In this document: positions 24,428 to 40,592 of the stretch, piece after piece
Layout of the letters: the number at the start of each line of letters is the position of its first letter
Position numbering within the stretch: the first letter of the stretch is position 1
NCBI GenBank assembly: GCA_001244265.2
Contig: CDLV01000018.1
Span: forward strand, 186,001 to 250,000
DNA: 64,000 bases
Reading direction: 5' to 3'
From: Microbotryum violaceum
Lineage: Eukaryota
Program-made: the position numbers and the translations under genes
Notes under the pieces: generated by a model
Told to the model about the DNA's origin: nothing
The model's database searches: none
What the model saw: the letters and a program-made list of their open reading frames with translations, nothing else

Positions 24428-24785
24428 CTAGGTTCGGTGGCGCGAATACCGTAATCGTCGACCCGCTGAAATGTGACGTACTTTGCTGCAACAGCTGCGG
24501 TACTGTTCAGTAACGGAAATCGAGCGGTTCAAGTCGGGAGAGGACCGGCGGGACGACGATCAAATGTAAAGAGCCTTCATTTCAGGACGTTTCTGACACC
24601 GTCCACATTCGTTGCTGGGACAACGCGACGTACAACTGGCCGTGAGAAAAGACGGGCTTCTCCAGACATACTCCTACCTGCGCGAGTGACTGGCCTTGCG
24701 ACTTGTTGATCGTCATAGCCATTGCGAGCCGAATCGGAAACTGCGTCCGCCGGTGCAGAGTGAACGGAAGCTCAGCTGATGACCC
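24428..24785 (-). mobile_element. Helitron 3' fragment (PIF1-like helicase C-terminus)
   Basis: [51 protein letters not shown]. Imperfect hairpin CGGT...ACCG followed by CTAG|T at 24431..24428 on the minus strand. Confidence 0.75.
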
Positions 24786-25163
24786 TGTCTTCGGCGTTGC
24801 GTACTCGTTCCAAAACGGTGACAGTTGTTCTTGAGCCGTCATCCCTTTCTGATCCGCAGGGAGGTATTTCGAATCCAAGAGGTCATGAAACAACGCCGCC
24901 AGTTCAATGACGGCAAGATCGACCGGCTCCGAGTCGGCCGTCTCGGAACGCTGTTCTTTCTCTCCCTTAATTTGATGCGTGGTGTTGATAGATCGAGCAA
25001 TAACCAATGCGTTTCTGACGACCCTTTGAACGTGGTGATAGTCGTGCGAGGGGTCGTATTGCGAGTGATGGGATTGGGCGAGTTGGCGAGCGGCGAGGAG
25101 GAGACACTCGTGAGCCTGTGGGCCTGGGAAGGAGCCCTTTGCAAGTCGACAAGTCGATGCCAT
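24786..25163 (-). pseudogene. N-terminal half of an HD-domain phosphohydrolase, fused in frame to the Helitron helicase fragment
   Basis: [20 protein letters not shown] and [15 protein letters not shown]. The C-terminal DADRLD half is absent. Confidence 0.75.
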
Positions 25164-25647
25164 GTCGATGTGGAGTATCGAGCAGTATCGAGAGGTATGC
25201 AAGATGCGGTTGTTACCTGATTACCTCAATGGATTAGTCAGACTATCATGTACAGTAGTGAAATTATTAATTAATTCCAAGTTCTTGTTAAAATATATTA
25301 CATTCTTGACAGTACTGAATAGCATGTTAACTATTCTAAATAGCCAATTATGACTAATTGGCGACTTTTTTGTTACATTTATTCGCTCAGATTTCTGAGC
25401 GCTTATTAGCATTTTATCTCTAATCATCTTTGTTTTCCCGCTTTTATTCAAAGAATGAAGCGCCCAAGTTCCTTAGGCGAGTCGGGCTAAATCATCAAGA
25501 TAATTCCAGCAAAAGTAAGGTACTTTGCGAACGGAGTTGCCCGAATGTCAAACCGCGAGGTGCACGCCGAGCTGACGCGTCTCGACGCGCGCCCGCTCTC
25601 ACTTTTGTTTCCTGACTGTTCGCACCCATACCACCCGTCTCTTCCAA

Positions 25648-26526
25648 ATGGCCTCACCGGGCAGCAGTCGAAGGGAATCGACGACGTCATTGATGCGACA
25701 ACGGACGCCGTTCTTGGCTCAGTCGGATGAGGTGGCCGGGGATGAGGACACGAGGGAGATCATTCTGGATGATCAAGGTGAGTGATGCAGCGGGTGCGGT
25801 GTACTGGTTCGGGCGGAAAGGGGCTCGGGGATGGTGCTCCACATCGAGCCTGGGCAGAGCGGCGAAAGGTATCAAGGGTGGTCTCTCAGAGGTCTCCTAC
25901 TGCCTCTCGATGCAGAAGAGATCACTCCGAGCTCTATGTTGATGCTCTTTCATCTTTGCCACAGAACAAGAAGGTCTCGTACAGGACCTGTCAAAGTCGC
26001 TGGACCACTCGGCGCTGATCTGGTCCCGTCTCGTCGCGGCCTTGCTGGCCATATCTGCCAGGCGAGTTGGCATCAACTCCGACACTCATAGCTGCAGTTC
26101 GAAACTGAATTCTTCTTCCATCCCTTGCACAGCGTCCCATTGATTCTCCCCTGTCCTACGCGGTCCTTCCTGCTCGCCCTCCTCATCCGGCTCTGCACCA
26201 TCGCCCCCCTTGCATTCCTCTCCTTCCTCCTCCTAGGCACAGAACACAACCCGTCCACATCCTCGGACCTACTACCGCCATCCCCAACATACACCACCTC
26301 TGCGTCATCCTCACCCCCAACCCCCAAATTCCAACTCCCCCTCCTGCACACACTCCTCCTGCTTCCTCCGTTGTTCATCTCCCTCTTCACCTTGAGGACC
26401 GATTGGAGATGGTCTACACCACTTTTGATAATGGGCTTGGCGGTTGAAGTGTCGAGAACTATCAAGGCTCAGCAGGATGAGTTGATGGGGTTGCAGAAAC
26501 TCAAATATCGGTTCGATGGGGCCTGA
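25648..26526 (+). CDS. Uncharacterised fungal membrane protein (3 exons)
   Basis: MASPGSS...IILDDQ / EQEGLVQDL...LLAISA / hydrophobic segments ending LQKLKYRFDGA-stop. GT-AG intron, then a GC-AG intron at 26062. Confidence 0.65.
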
Positions 26527-26818
26527 TGCGTGCGAGCCTCAGTGCCGTGCCAGTGGGAAGAGTGGTAGGAGGGGAGATGGGAGAAGAAAGTGTGCATTTT
26601 GTTGTCTCACTACATCGAACCTGTTGAACTCGAACTCGATCTCGGTCGAGCTGCGACTCTGGCAGGCGCGCTCGGCGTCCATCACGGTGTTTCCCGGCGC
26701 ATCTGGGGAGGCGAGGGTCCGTGCGCGTTTCGCCGCGGCTGCGAAGCCAACTTTGAACCACTCGATCGCTCACTTCCGTACTCGGCCTCCTCGAGAGCCA
26801 CCTTTACCTCTACCCACA

Positions 26819-29167
26819 ATGCCTCTCCTACCACCCGACCAACAACCCCATAGACCCTCCCCCGTCCCCGCCACCGAAGCCCGCATCGATTCCGTCGCAG
26901 CCGACTCCTCCGAGCATGTGACTTCGATCGCCTTAACCGACGAAGGAACCCCTCTAGAGCCCCTGGACATCGTACTAGACCAAGACGAACCCGTCGAAGA
27001 ATCAGACGACTACAATGAAGAAGAGTACGATGACGACGATGAGGATTGGGATCTGGAGACCGAGTTGGACAGTGGGATCAATCAGGTAATGGATCAGGAT
27101 TGGGCTGATGCGAGTGGGGGTACGTCAACTTTGTCGTAGAAGCAAACGGTGTCGGGGAATTTTCTTTCTCTCCCACTGATGAACGAACATTTTCGACTGG
27201 ACAGATTTTACCAAGCGGTACAATCGGTTGAAGCAACATGTGGTCGCGAGCTCGGCATCGAACAAGGCTACAGGAGCGACTTCCTCTGCTGGTGGGAGTA
27301 GTATGACCTCCAACATCCTCCCCGCCATCAACAGGCCGAAGCGGGTGACCTCTTCCTCGGCCACCTCAAGTGGGACCCCCGGCGTGCATACCGATAAAGT
27401 TTCGGACCAACTCGCGACCCTCAATCATCGATTCGCTTCCAAACTCGATCTAGACCCAATCCTCAACCGTTCCGCGAACGTAGGCGTGACCCGAAAAGGA
27501 GGAAGTGAGAAAGTTTTGGTCAAGGATAAGAGCGACCGAGCTACGAACGAACAGGTATTGGATCCGAGGACGAGGTTGATCTTGTTCAAGATGTTGGGGA
27601 GGGGGTTAATTGAGCGGGTCGATGGGTGTGTCTCGACGGGCAAGGAGGCGAATGTTTATCATGCGGTTTCTCCGGCTGCGGGAATGAGGGAGGAGGGAAA
27701 GGATGGAGAGGTACAAAAGGAGGCAGAGGAGGAAAAGGGCGAAGGATCGGTTCGATTTGCCGAAGAGACTTCCGCCGCCGTCACCACGACGACGACGACG
27801 ACGACGACGACGCTGCCTCCCAACACCCCACGTCACTTGGCGCTTAAGATCTACAAAACCTCGATCCTCATCTTCAAAGATCGCGACCGTTACGTATCCG
27901 GCGAATTCCGTTTCAAATCCGGCTACGCGCGAAGCAACCCCCGCAAGATGGTTCGGCTCTGGGCAGAGAAGGAGATGAGGAATTTGAGGCGGATGAAGAA
28001 TGCGGGCCTGAATGTGCCGGAACCTATCGAGGTGAGGGAGAACGTGTTGGTGATGGAGTTCATGGGCGTTCAAGAGGGGGAGGATGAATGGCAGTGAGTT
28101 CGCGTAAAGCTCTGGTTTGGGTACAGAGGGTGACCGCGTCCGATCTGATGGCTCTTTTCACCAAACCCAGGGCATCCCCCCGTCTCAAAGATGCCGATAT
28201 CCCATTTTCGGCCCTCCCCGATCTTTACCTCGACACGCTCGTAATCCTTCGCATCCTCTTCCAAAAATGCAAACTCGTCCACGCCGATTTCTCCGAATAC
28301 AACGTCCTCTACCATCGTTCCCAATTGGTCATCATCGATGTCTCCCAATCCGTTGAACAAGATCATCCTTCGGCTTTTGATTTCCTTCGATCGGATTTGA
28401 AGAACGTGGAGGAGTTTTATGGACGAAAGGGGGTAGGAACGACTTTAGGTCTGAGGGGAAGTTTCGGGTTCGTGACGAGGAGTTTTGAGGGGGTCGGTGA
28501 GGAGACGGAGGAAGGGATGAGGGAAGAGGCGAGGAGGTTATTGAGCGTTCGGGAGGGTCAGTTGAAGAGGGAGGAAGAGGAGGAGAGTACGACGAGGGCG
28601 AATGATCCGACCTCGTTCGATGCGCTCAAGTTGAAAAAAACAAATCAACCAACCACCTCATCACCATTGGCCTCCACATCTACCTCCAATAGAGCATCGA
28701 GCCAGAAATCAAGTCAAGTCGACGAAGCCGTCTTCGCGCAATCCTTCATCCCTCGAGCACTGGATCAAGTGTACGATATCGAACGGGATGTGGCGAGGGT
28801 GTTGAGAGGCGAAGGGGATGATTTGATCTATGCGGATCTCACGGGGGTGGCGAGGATTAGGGAGAAGGAGAAGAAGAAGGCTGCGGACGCGGAGGGGGGT
28901 CAAGGGGTTGAGGGTCGGGAAGGTGGGGAAGGGGATGGGAGTGGGAGTGCCTCGGAGCATTCGAATACCGACGGGGACAGTGATGATGATGAGGACGAGG
29001 AGGAAGATGAAGGCACTTTTCGACCCAAGGGTAAGAAATTCGAGGACAAGGATGAGAAGAAGAAGCGAAGAGCCGAAGTCAAAGCTGCGAATCGGGACAA
29101 GAGGAGTCAGAAGATGAAAAAATCGGAGAAGGCGAGGAAGGTGAGGAAGACGTCGGGGAAGAAGTAA
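26819..29167 (+). CDS. RIO1: RIO1 atypical Ser/Thr kinase
   Basis: KDKSDRATNEQVLDPRTRLIL, STGKEANVYHA, FKDRDRYVSGEFRF, WAEKEMRNL, LVHADFSEYN, IIDVSQSVE, and a basic C-terminal tail. Confidence 0.96.
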
Positions 29168-29225
29168 GGGAGGGGGTTCGGAGCTTGTGAGGTTTGTTTG
29201 TTTCATTCGCAATGCATCTATTATA

Positions 29226-30747
29226 TTATTGGAATTTTGACTTGGCCATTGAGGAGGTCGTGGTTGTTGTCGTTGGCGCGGATGGCGAGGTATACGCCTT
29301 GATGAGACTAACGATGACCCAACAATTGATTCCCATAAAGACCACGCCGGCTGCCCAAACCCTCAAATAAGTCGGCCACCCCAAGATCTCCAACTGATAC
29401 GCTTGACTGAGCCAAAGGACTTGCGCCAGGATCCAACCTGTCGTTGGAGAGAGGAGGGCGGAACGCTTCGTTGTTGAGGTTGATTTTGTAGAGGGGGTGA
29501 TCGGTTTGCTGAGGTCCGGTAATACAAGTGGTAGGAACCAAATGTACCAGAGAAAGTACTGCGAGGTGCAAACTTTGTTGAAGGTCACAAAGACGAGGGT
29601 TTGGATCAACCAGATGAAAGGGAGGTCCGAGGGGGACGACTGATCAGGGGTCGGATCTTTTGAGGAAGAGAGGTAGAATCCCAAGGCGATGGAGGAACCT
29701 AGTTGAGGGATGAAAGCGACGAGAGGATGGCGGATGAGAGATAGCAGAGTTGACGATGTGGGGAGGGAGGTGGAGGTGGAGGAGAGGTAATAGGAATAGA
29801 AGTAAGGGGAAAAGTTGTGGCGATGGTCGAGGCGATGGAGGTGGTAGAGGAACGTATGGGATATGAAAGGTGCTCCCCAACTATGGATGTGAAGCTGGGG
29901 TTATTAAGCTATAACATAAGCAAAAACTGGCCAACACTTGCAACTCACATGAGGTACATGGCGAGGTTGAGCAGCAGGAACGTTGCGCCACTGGTGAGCG
30001 CCAAGAAAAACTGCTTCTTCCCGAACCACCCATTGTACCCACTCGAGCGATCATGCGAGGCGATATAGCCCAACAGACTCGAAGCGTAAACGAGGGGTAT
30101 ATCTTGAAGTGTACTGCGAGGCCCAACATGAGGGCCATCTTGAACCAATTCTTCTTCTCGGCCCAGAACAAGGTCGCAATGACCAACACGCCTAGGACCG
30201 CTTCGGACGATCCTCGTGTGGATATATTGGCGATAATGGGGTTGAAGAGCCAGACGTACGCGACGTACTGGGTCGCTTTAGAAGCAGGGATGTGACGTAG
30301 GACGAGGAGGGAGTGGAGGAGGTAACCGATGAGGAGGTCGGAGAGGACAAAGAAGAGTTTAGCGGCGACGGGGTGGACGAGGATGTTGAGTGAAGTCAAG
30401 AGGGCCAGCAAAGGTGTGTAACGATAGGTCTTGCGTGAATAGGGGTCACCGATCCATCCTGATAGGGCGGAGAACTGTGTAGGATCAACACCGTTCACCG
30501 ACGGTCCGGAGGCGAGTGTACACCCCGGTGTGGTGGTTGGCCGGACGAGACAACGGGACGCATCTGTAAATACGACATAGTCGATGTCGGTGTACTTGAT
30601 GGCCGAGGTCGCGTCTTGATAGGTACCCCACAAGAGCAAGAGCAGCCTCAACCCGAACGCAAGCCACAACGCGGTCCGCAGTCGCCTGGGTGGGGAGTGA
30701 GGAAGTAGGTACATCAGGAGAGTTGAGACCTTGATAGCTGTTGCCAT
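29226..30747 (-). CDS. GPI14: GPI mannosyltransferase I (PIG-M)
   Basis: YTDIDYVVFTDA, PYSRKTYRYTPLLA, ISTRGSSE, HFKIYP, FVTFNKVCTSQYFLWY. One apparent homopolymer frameshift near 30095. Confidence 0.93.
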
Positions 30748-31062
30748 CTTGTGCTCGGATGACTCACATGCGCGGTGAGCTGGCCAGGGATGAGATGACT
30801 TTCCAGAGTGTGGAGGGTGGGAGAGAGGAGAGAGGACAAGCACGTGATCAGATCAGGTCACGTGTTCGGTCCCTGCCGGCATTTTCTATAGAAATCGGGT
30901 CAATTAGCTAGCGCTGATCAGCGCGCGGTCTATTATAATCAACCCGGTCCGTCCGGCTCGGCTCGACTGCCAGCTGGACTGGACCTGGCTCCTTCCTGGC
31001 TCAGCTCGCCCCACCTCACTCCGCCCCTCACGGCAATACCGGTCACCTCCGACTCGAAGCGC

Positions 31063-34000
31063 ATGGCGGAGCCTACGGCTTCGACGTCCAAGCTGACGAT
31101 GGACTCGAGTGCGTCCGAATCGCACCGCGTCTCGGTGTCGTACTCGTGCTTGCCCAGTCTGTCCGACTACGAGCCCATCCGCGCGGATGTCCAACGCCAA
31201 TCCCCACTTCGCAACTTGCATTGGGTGCGCAAGACGGGGGCGAACCGATCAGTCCGTACGATCCAGTCGCTGCCCATTGTGTGGCGCCCGTTGGACTCGA
31301 ATAGCGATCTGCAGGCGCTCAGTCTGCTCGAACGGCCTTATTTGCATGTCCTCTTTGTCGCCTGCGAGGTCAGTTACACGGCAACCGCAAATGCGAACTG
31401 TATCAATCTGATAACAGGGCCCCCACTCGCCCCTTTACAGGACAATGAAACCTACAGAGCGACGCTAAGAGCTCAAATTCGGGAATGGCTGGACACGATT
31501 CAAGGGCCTCGACTGGGCCAGAACAACCAGGAGTGGCTCATCGTGCACGTCACCACCGCTCGCAGCTCCATGGCCAAGTTTTACCAGCGCAAGAGTGCCG
31601 TCGTCGATAAGATCAAGGCCGATTTCAACATGGGCAAGAAGGATAGGTCAGTGGCCACGAGCGTGTTCGGTCTTAATTCGGCAGACCCCCACACCGCTCA
31701 CCTATTCGAAATCCTTCTGACCGCCAGATGCATCCAAGTAGGCGCCTCGGCGGACGATCCAACAGCATGGGCAGAGTTCTCCAATAAGGTCAAAGAAGGT
31801 GTTCTCACGACCTTTGACATCAACGTGTCCCTCTGCGAGGAGAACGTACGCAAGGCCGACAGTCAACGCCAACTGGAAGGCTGGCAGTTCCAGCCCTTTT
31901 TCTTACAAAAAGTGCGCGACAGTGGCATCGGTGCCATCTAGCACTATGATAGGAAGAACTGATTGAACAAAGCCTCGTCCTCACAGGAAGTGCTAGCGGA
32001 CTCGTTCGAAGCGATCGGCCTGCTCGAAGATGCCCTTATTCAATATGACGAACTCGGAGCCGCCTTTTTCCAAGCGCTCAAAAGTGGGTTTGAGAGTTCT
32101 CGATCACCACGAGATTTCCCTTCCTTATCCGGTTTTCTGATCCCACGTAGCTCACGACTTGGCTTGGTTTGGTGCCGTCGGAGGCCTTACTTCCGGCGAC
32201 GATACCTTGCCACTCCTGTCGACGACCAACAAGCCGTACCGGAGCCTCATCCAAGCCAACAAGATCACTATGTTCGATTTCCGGATCTACATATTCGCCC
32301 GACAGGCTTCGTTGCTCTCTCGGTTGGGTAGGATCGCGGAGCTGGCTAAACGAGGAGCATTGTTCGTGTCAACGTTTGCGAGGACATTAAGGGAGCATCA
32401 AGTGAGTTACCCCTTTCATTCGCACAATGGCGTCACTCGAAAGTTGAACCGGCACCTCGCCTATAGAACACACTGGGAAGGTACTTCGTCGAAGCCTGGA
32501 CGTATTCGGCTTGTCTCAACATTGTCGACAATTGTCAAGTGTGGATAGAGGGGGAGGGCATTGATCGCAAGACGGCGGCGAGCTTTGTGGCCGTCAAGGC
32601 CGAGTTGCTTGAACTGGCTCGCAAACAGGTAAGACCGACGGCCGATCTCTTTATATGTGCCGCGGTGCCTAATTATCGGCATGGCACCTTTCCCAGCTCG
32701 ATAAAATCGGGATCGGAGCTGGCCATCTACCCCCATCCCATCCCTTCTCCATGTCTCTTAACGAACCCACCTTCTCCATTCCTTCAACCTTCAATTCGCC
32801 CGACCTCAACAACCTCAACACCCATCAACGCCCTCCCGTTTCCCGCCAAGACCTCCTCAATGCGATTGAGGACGGGGAAGCGTTCGACAAGTTGTTCATC
32901 GATTTGACGAACCGAAGCATTCAGGCCTATTCGCAGAGTGGGAGGAAGCGATGTTCGTTGAAGTTGCATGCTAGTCTGGCTGCGTTGGAGTAGTGAGTTT
33001 TCCCACAGACGTTAACTCCAGAAGCTCTCGTTTGTACGAATTCTGAGCTCTCGCATTTTGACAGCCATCGCGACCGAGCCGCGTCCGCGCAAAAACTCTT
33101 CTCCCACCTCCCAGCGCATTACATCGATCTCCGCTGGACCAGGATCGAAGCCTCCCTCTTATCCGAATGCACACGCCTTCAAGGCACGCTCGATATGGAC
33201 AAGGAGGAGCTTTTGTCGACGTTGGCCTTGGTTAGGGCTGGGTCGAGTTTGAGAGTCAGAAGTGGGATTTGAGAGGGGTGGAAAAGGAGGGGGAGGATGA
33301 AGAGAGTCTGGCCAAAAGGTTGATGAAGGATGTATATGAGTTGAGTAAGGGGTTGAGTAAAGGTAAGGACGTTTTATGACTCTTTGTCCTGTGGCCACCT
33401 TCCGAAGCGCTGAGTTTTGTGATATACGAACAGACTTCGCCGCGATTGCCTTCCCGACCTTTTCGATGCGACTCGCCAATGACCGAGGCACGATCGCCCA
33501 GGATGAAGATGGGGTGAATATTCGTCTGATTATCACCAATCTATTGCCTTGCGCACTCGACATCGACGAGGTGCGGTTGAAGTTCGCCAAACCGGATGGG
33601 GAACAAGTCTGGTTCACAGCGGGACAACATACGCTGGTTGCAGCGGGGCAGACAGAGGTCGAGTTGTTTTGTCCGGTCAGTAGGATCTCTCGATACTTCA
33701 GAAGAGCCCGAAGACCTGAGCTGACATGATGCGCCTGCGCTTGCCCTTCACCAAGACGGCTGTCGCTGGCCGACTACTCCTCGAGCTATCGCAGATCCGC
33801 TTCTCCCGTATCATCTTCCAATATTCGCACCGCCCCGTCTCATCGCGCAATCTCGCCCCCGATCCACGCAACATGCCCTTAAAAGCCGGTAAACAACCTG
33901 TCGCTTTCTTCCCGCGCGACTACCAAGCCCTTGACGTGACGTGTCGTGTACCCCACGAGATCCACCTCGACCAAGAACGAACGGCCTTGATCAGGATCTC

Positions 34001-35769
34001 GGTAGGGAGGAACCAAGTCACTCGTATCTCATTGAAGATCACGACGGGGTCCAAGAAGCTCACCTTCGCTTGTGATCGAAGTCGAGTCGTACTCGGACAA
34101 GCTCAACTTTCCTTCGCCTCGGGGATGGAAGATACCCTCATTCTCGATACGATCCAAAGTGGGGATAAAGTGATCGAAGTCGAATTTCCTCTCGTGGGAA
34201 GGATAAATGATCCTTCGTTGGATATTGGAGTTGTGGCGGAATATTTGACGGTCAAGAGACCGGCGACAAGGAGGTTGGTTAAGAGAACCTTACCGTTCAA
34301 GATCGCTTTACCTTTGGCGGTCAATGTGCAGGATTTTTTTAGGGAAGACAGGCGAGTTTTACGGCTTCGAATCCGGTAGTTGGGTGAGGTCGGAACTGAC
34401 TGGATGTTCTCGGATTTTATTAGGTTGTTGTCAAAGTTCTCGGTCACGACGGACGGCGTCAATGCTTTGCGCATCAAGTCGGCGCACCTTGAAGACGTCG
34501 AAGGCGTGACAGCCAAGCCGTGTAGAAGTGCCAAGGCCCCTGTACTGGTCCGTGCCACGGGAATATTTCTTAGTCATGCGAAACGGTGCTAAGACCTACC
34601 TTAAATATGACCCTTATGAACAGACCATTCTGCCTTTTCAGACGGCCAACTTCCTGTTCAACATCACGAAAGAGTCGAGCGAACCTAGCGAAGGTGAGCT
34701 CATAGTCTCCGGGCCCGTCTAGAAACGATAAATGGGCTGACCAAATTTTAATATGCCAATGTGAAGACCCTTTACGTTTGACTTTGACGTTTTGTACACT
34801 CGAAGAAGGTGAGCTAGCTCGGTGCCGCGTTTCTGCGAATGCGACCATGTGCTGACTCTTGCTCTTCCCTGTCTCGAAGATATCCGAACTCGGGTCGCAG
34901 CTGTGGTGGAGAATCTCATCTCTACCTCACCTTCCTTGTCGACGCTCGAGCCGTGGCTTCTCGATTCGATTGGGAGCGAGGTCGTCGCTCTTACCTCCGT
35001 CGAAGAATTCGCCATCGACCCTGATTTCCGATCGCTCGAATTCGACGAGGTCCTCTGGAACGCGCGGATTTCCTCTCTGGCCGTCACGAACGAGGAAGAG
35101 GTCATGTCCGCCGTTCGTCAAGTTTTTGGTCTACTCTCGAATGCGAACCCAGCCGGAGCAAGTTCCACAGTTGAACCTCCTTGGCGACAATTGACGATCC
35201 CCGTCGACCTCCCTTCCTTGAACGTCCTCAACTTGGTGCATTTCACCCCGACTACCTCAAGACCGAAATAGGTCAAGCCCTACCCGTGACACTCTCTATC
35301 CGCCCTACATTTCAATGGAGCAACCTCAAAACGATCCCCAAGACTTTGCACCTCATGTTCGACCTGACCATAAACCCATCCGATTGGTTCGTCGCGGGGA
35401 AGAAGAAGGGCGAAGTCGTGGCTGTTCCAGGAGAACCGACGACGATTAGACTTTGGCTCGTCCCTGTTCGTGCGGGGCCTTGTTCTTGCCTTCGGTGGTG
35501 ATCACCCCGATCAAGAACGGTGCAGGCTCGCCCGAGGTCGGAGGGGAAGAGGCGTTGGATCTGGAGTGGAGTTGTGAATCGCAGAACTTGAATGCTGCTA
35601 GGGTCAGTCACTCATACAGCCTCTCACCGAGTCAGGATGGAGCCCGACTCTGAACCAAACCCCCTCTCCTTTCTTGCTTTCGCAGGTGATCGAAGTGTTG
35701 CCTTTGTCGAGCTCGAGCACGTTCGAAATCGAGGATCTGGAACAACAAAGGGTTCCGATCGCCGTCTAG
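31063..35769 (+). CDS. TRS130: TRAPP II complex subunit Trs130/TRAPPC10 (multi-exon)
   Basis: SPLRNLHW, LLERPYLH, FFLQKE.LADSFE..GLLEDALIQYDEL, ITMFDFRIYIFARQ, LPLAVNVQDFF, WFVAGKKKG...LVPVRAGALFLPSV. Confidence 0.88.
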
Positions 35770-38057
35770 CAGGTCATTGGAAGGTATTCTCTCGTCGTAG
35801 CAACTTGTTGTAATCATCATCTTAGTGTACATTTGCTGGCTGTATGAGCTCCTCCCTCGAAGCAGCTGAGGTGCAGACAGCGCCCACAATCAGACGTAAC
35901 CATTCGAAAGGCCCCAAACGTTCACTGACTTTTTCCTTGTCGACGTCCAAGCTACGTACTTCTCTTACCTCCACTTGATTTTGACTTTTTAGAATGCAGG
36001 GATGTGTCTATCAGAATTCTGTCGGAAGGAACCTCGAAGATCCAGCTCAAGTGATGGAGAATGATCGATCGCCTCCACGCTCCGCGAGGCGTCGTCTTCA
36101 GAACCGAACAGGGTTTTCGGTAAATACTTGAAAGTGAAAAGCAAGAGAGTGATTGCTCATGTTTGTTCAGAGCTTTGATCGGTACGCCTTGGGGTTGGGT
36201 CCTTCATCCGCGTTGATCTGTGATGAAATGGCGAGTATCAGTCCTCGTTCCGAAAACTTGGACGAGACAAATCGGTGCAGCCGCTTACTCCTCCCTCGGC
36301 TGACCCATCACCACCGAACGAGGTTCCAGCATCGAGAAGGTTCTTGTTGTTCCCAGAATTTGGCTGCAGATGCGAGTCGCAAGATGGCTTGTGATCAGCA
36401 AAGCCCTACAACATGCAGCTCCGATTCCAAGCAGACTTGACGGCAAGCTCAGAAGCCGAATTCCACTCGAGACCCCCTCCGAGTCTGTCGCGTGCAGGGT
36501 AGATTCCGGACCCAAGATCGAGCACCCTTTACGCACCTTTCCAAAACCCTGACCTCTCTTATCGCTTCCGGGTGAACCACTTGTTGTCAGATCGGGTTGA
36601 CCGCCGGCCCTCTCGAGGACTTGAGCATCGTTTTTGGAACGCTCCTTTTCGTCCTTGCGTTGCTCCGATGGGATCGGCGCAATGGATTCGCGGTTGAATT
36701 CAGCGTTAGACTGGGGTTATGGGATTGAGATGATGCGTAAGTAGATGTGGATGGTATGCAGGCTAGTTGGGCTGATGATCAGTCGCGGGGGCGGAGTTTC
36801 ATGCCAAGAGTCTGTGCAACTCGCATTGGTGGAAGCACCCGTTCTCCGTGGATCGAGACCCCGATAATCTCGGATTATGAAAGCTCTCGCAAACGTTATC
36901 AGACTGCGTAGCAGCCTTAGTTGATGGCGCTTGCACGCCGTGTGAGCACTCACCTTATCAGGATCGGTAGCCATGTTGATTGAAGTGGAAGAGGGAGAAC
37001 ACAAGTCAAAGCCTCCCCGCTTCAAGGCGGCGAGAGAAGCTCAAATCGGCGGCGTTCAGATCGGAGCTCATGACCATTACGTCATCGGGAGCGGCAGTCT
37101 CGCTTCGCGAGCCTGCGCCCGTACGGGCCAAAGTGGGGCGCCGCATGAACCAGCACTGCAGCGGGCTCCGAACCCGCCCGGATCGACTCTCCTTGCAGCT
37201 GACAACCAGATACAGCCCCGCAGGCTATTCCTTAAATACCAGAATCTTTGAATGCATTGGTACTATGCTCAACATACAAAGTTCGCCGCGATTTACGGCG
37301 ATTGCTATTTCCGTGCCGAGTTCCAATGTCCGACTCGTTCGGCACTTCGCCTTTGAGCAGTGACACCACGCGCGGTCCCCGTATCGTAGGTCTATCAGCC
37401 TCAAGTGGATTGAAGGCGTGACTTCGGAATCTTCTTTGCACCTCCAGATTCTAAACCCGCTCCTCATATGCAAAGCAGCCTAGTGACTCGGAGACGTCGG
37501 TATCAAAGTTCTGGCCAGGAAATTGCGAACAACTTCGCCTCTACGATTCAATGCTCTGCTGCAGGATTGCGAACCCACGAGTAGGTTGGAAGTAGTTGAC
37601 CTGCATGACCTTTCCTTCGGACCGAGTGCAACAAGATGCTGTGCCAACCGGACCGCGCTTCGGCTCCCCTGAAGCTCACCACGTGCTACGATCATCAGAG
37701 GATCCGACACCTCACCGCTTCTGACATCGCGATTGATACTTGATGCTCGAGTGTCCCGAGATTTCACCGGATTCGTTGAAGGACCTAGCTTCAAGACTTG
37801 CATCCGGCAGCTTGCCTCACCCAAATCGTGTGCCTATTTCGATCAGAGCGTCCAAATCCTTCTCTCCTCCCACCTCGCAGCGTTTGATGCGTTGTGCCCC
37901 CGTATTGAGATGGATGTTACATTGCTACAGATGCAAAGACAGAAAGAAGAAGCGTATCCTCAAAGAGAAGAAAGGGGAATAGATAACCCATCCTCCGGGA
38001 AAACATCGTCATTAAATTGAAAAGCCCAAACAGGCACCAGCAGGCGTCGGCTCAGAT

Positions 38058-40070
<2,013 letters not shown>

Positions 40071-40592
40071 GTTGGCGATGCAGTCAAACAGGTGGAGAGG
40101 AGGTCCAAAGCGGGGGCAAGACGGAGAAAGGAGCGACTCGAAGCCGGCGCGCGAATGCGCCAGCGAAACTTGCGCCAGCCATTACTAAGCGACGTGAGGC
40201 CTTTTGACGCCGAACGCCACTGATTCACTGGCGCTTAGTATCGGAAAAAGCGTCGACCGGACAAGGGCAAGTGTTCAAGCATTGATCTCATGCAGTCCAG
40301 AACTTCATATCCTTCCTCAAGAAGCGCTTGAATACGAGCGACTGCCATCATACTGCGGCCCACCTCCGAGTATCCACAACGCCCGTCGGCGGCCGGGTCT
40401 TTGACCGCACACTGCAAACACTTGCAGTGCAAAGCAGCTCACCCATTCCCATTCAACAACGTAATCAGGGCAGCTACAACACCGTAAAAAAACACAGCCT
40501 CGTGCCCTCGTCACTCTAAGTCTACTCCTACACAGTATCGCACCGCTCCGACTCGGAACGCGACGGCATTCTGCATTCTGCATTCTGCACTC

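Noticed and set aside
35800-38000. Short ORFs between TRS130 and NFS1
   Set aside because: No recognisable motifs or coherent exon chain; left unannotated.
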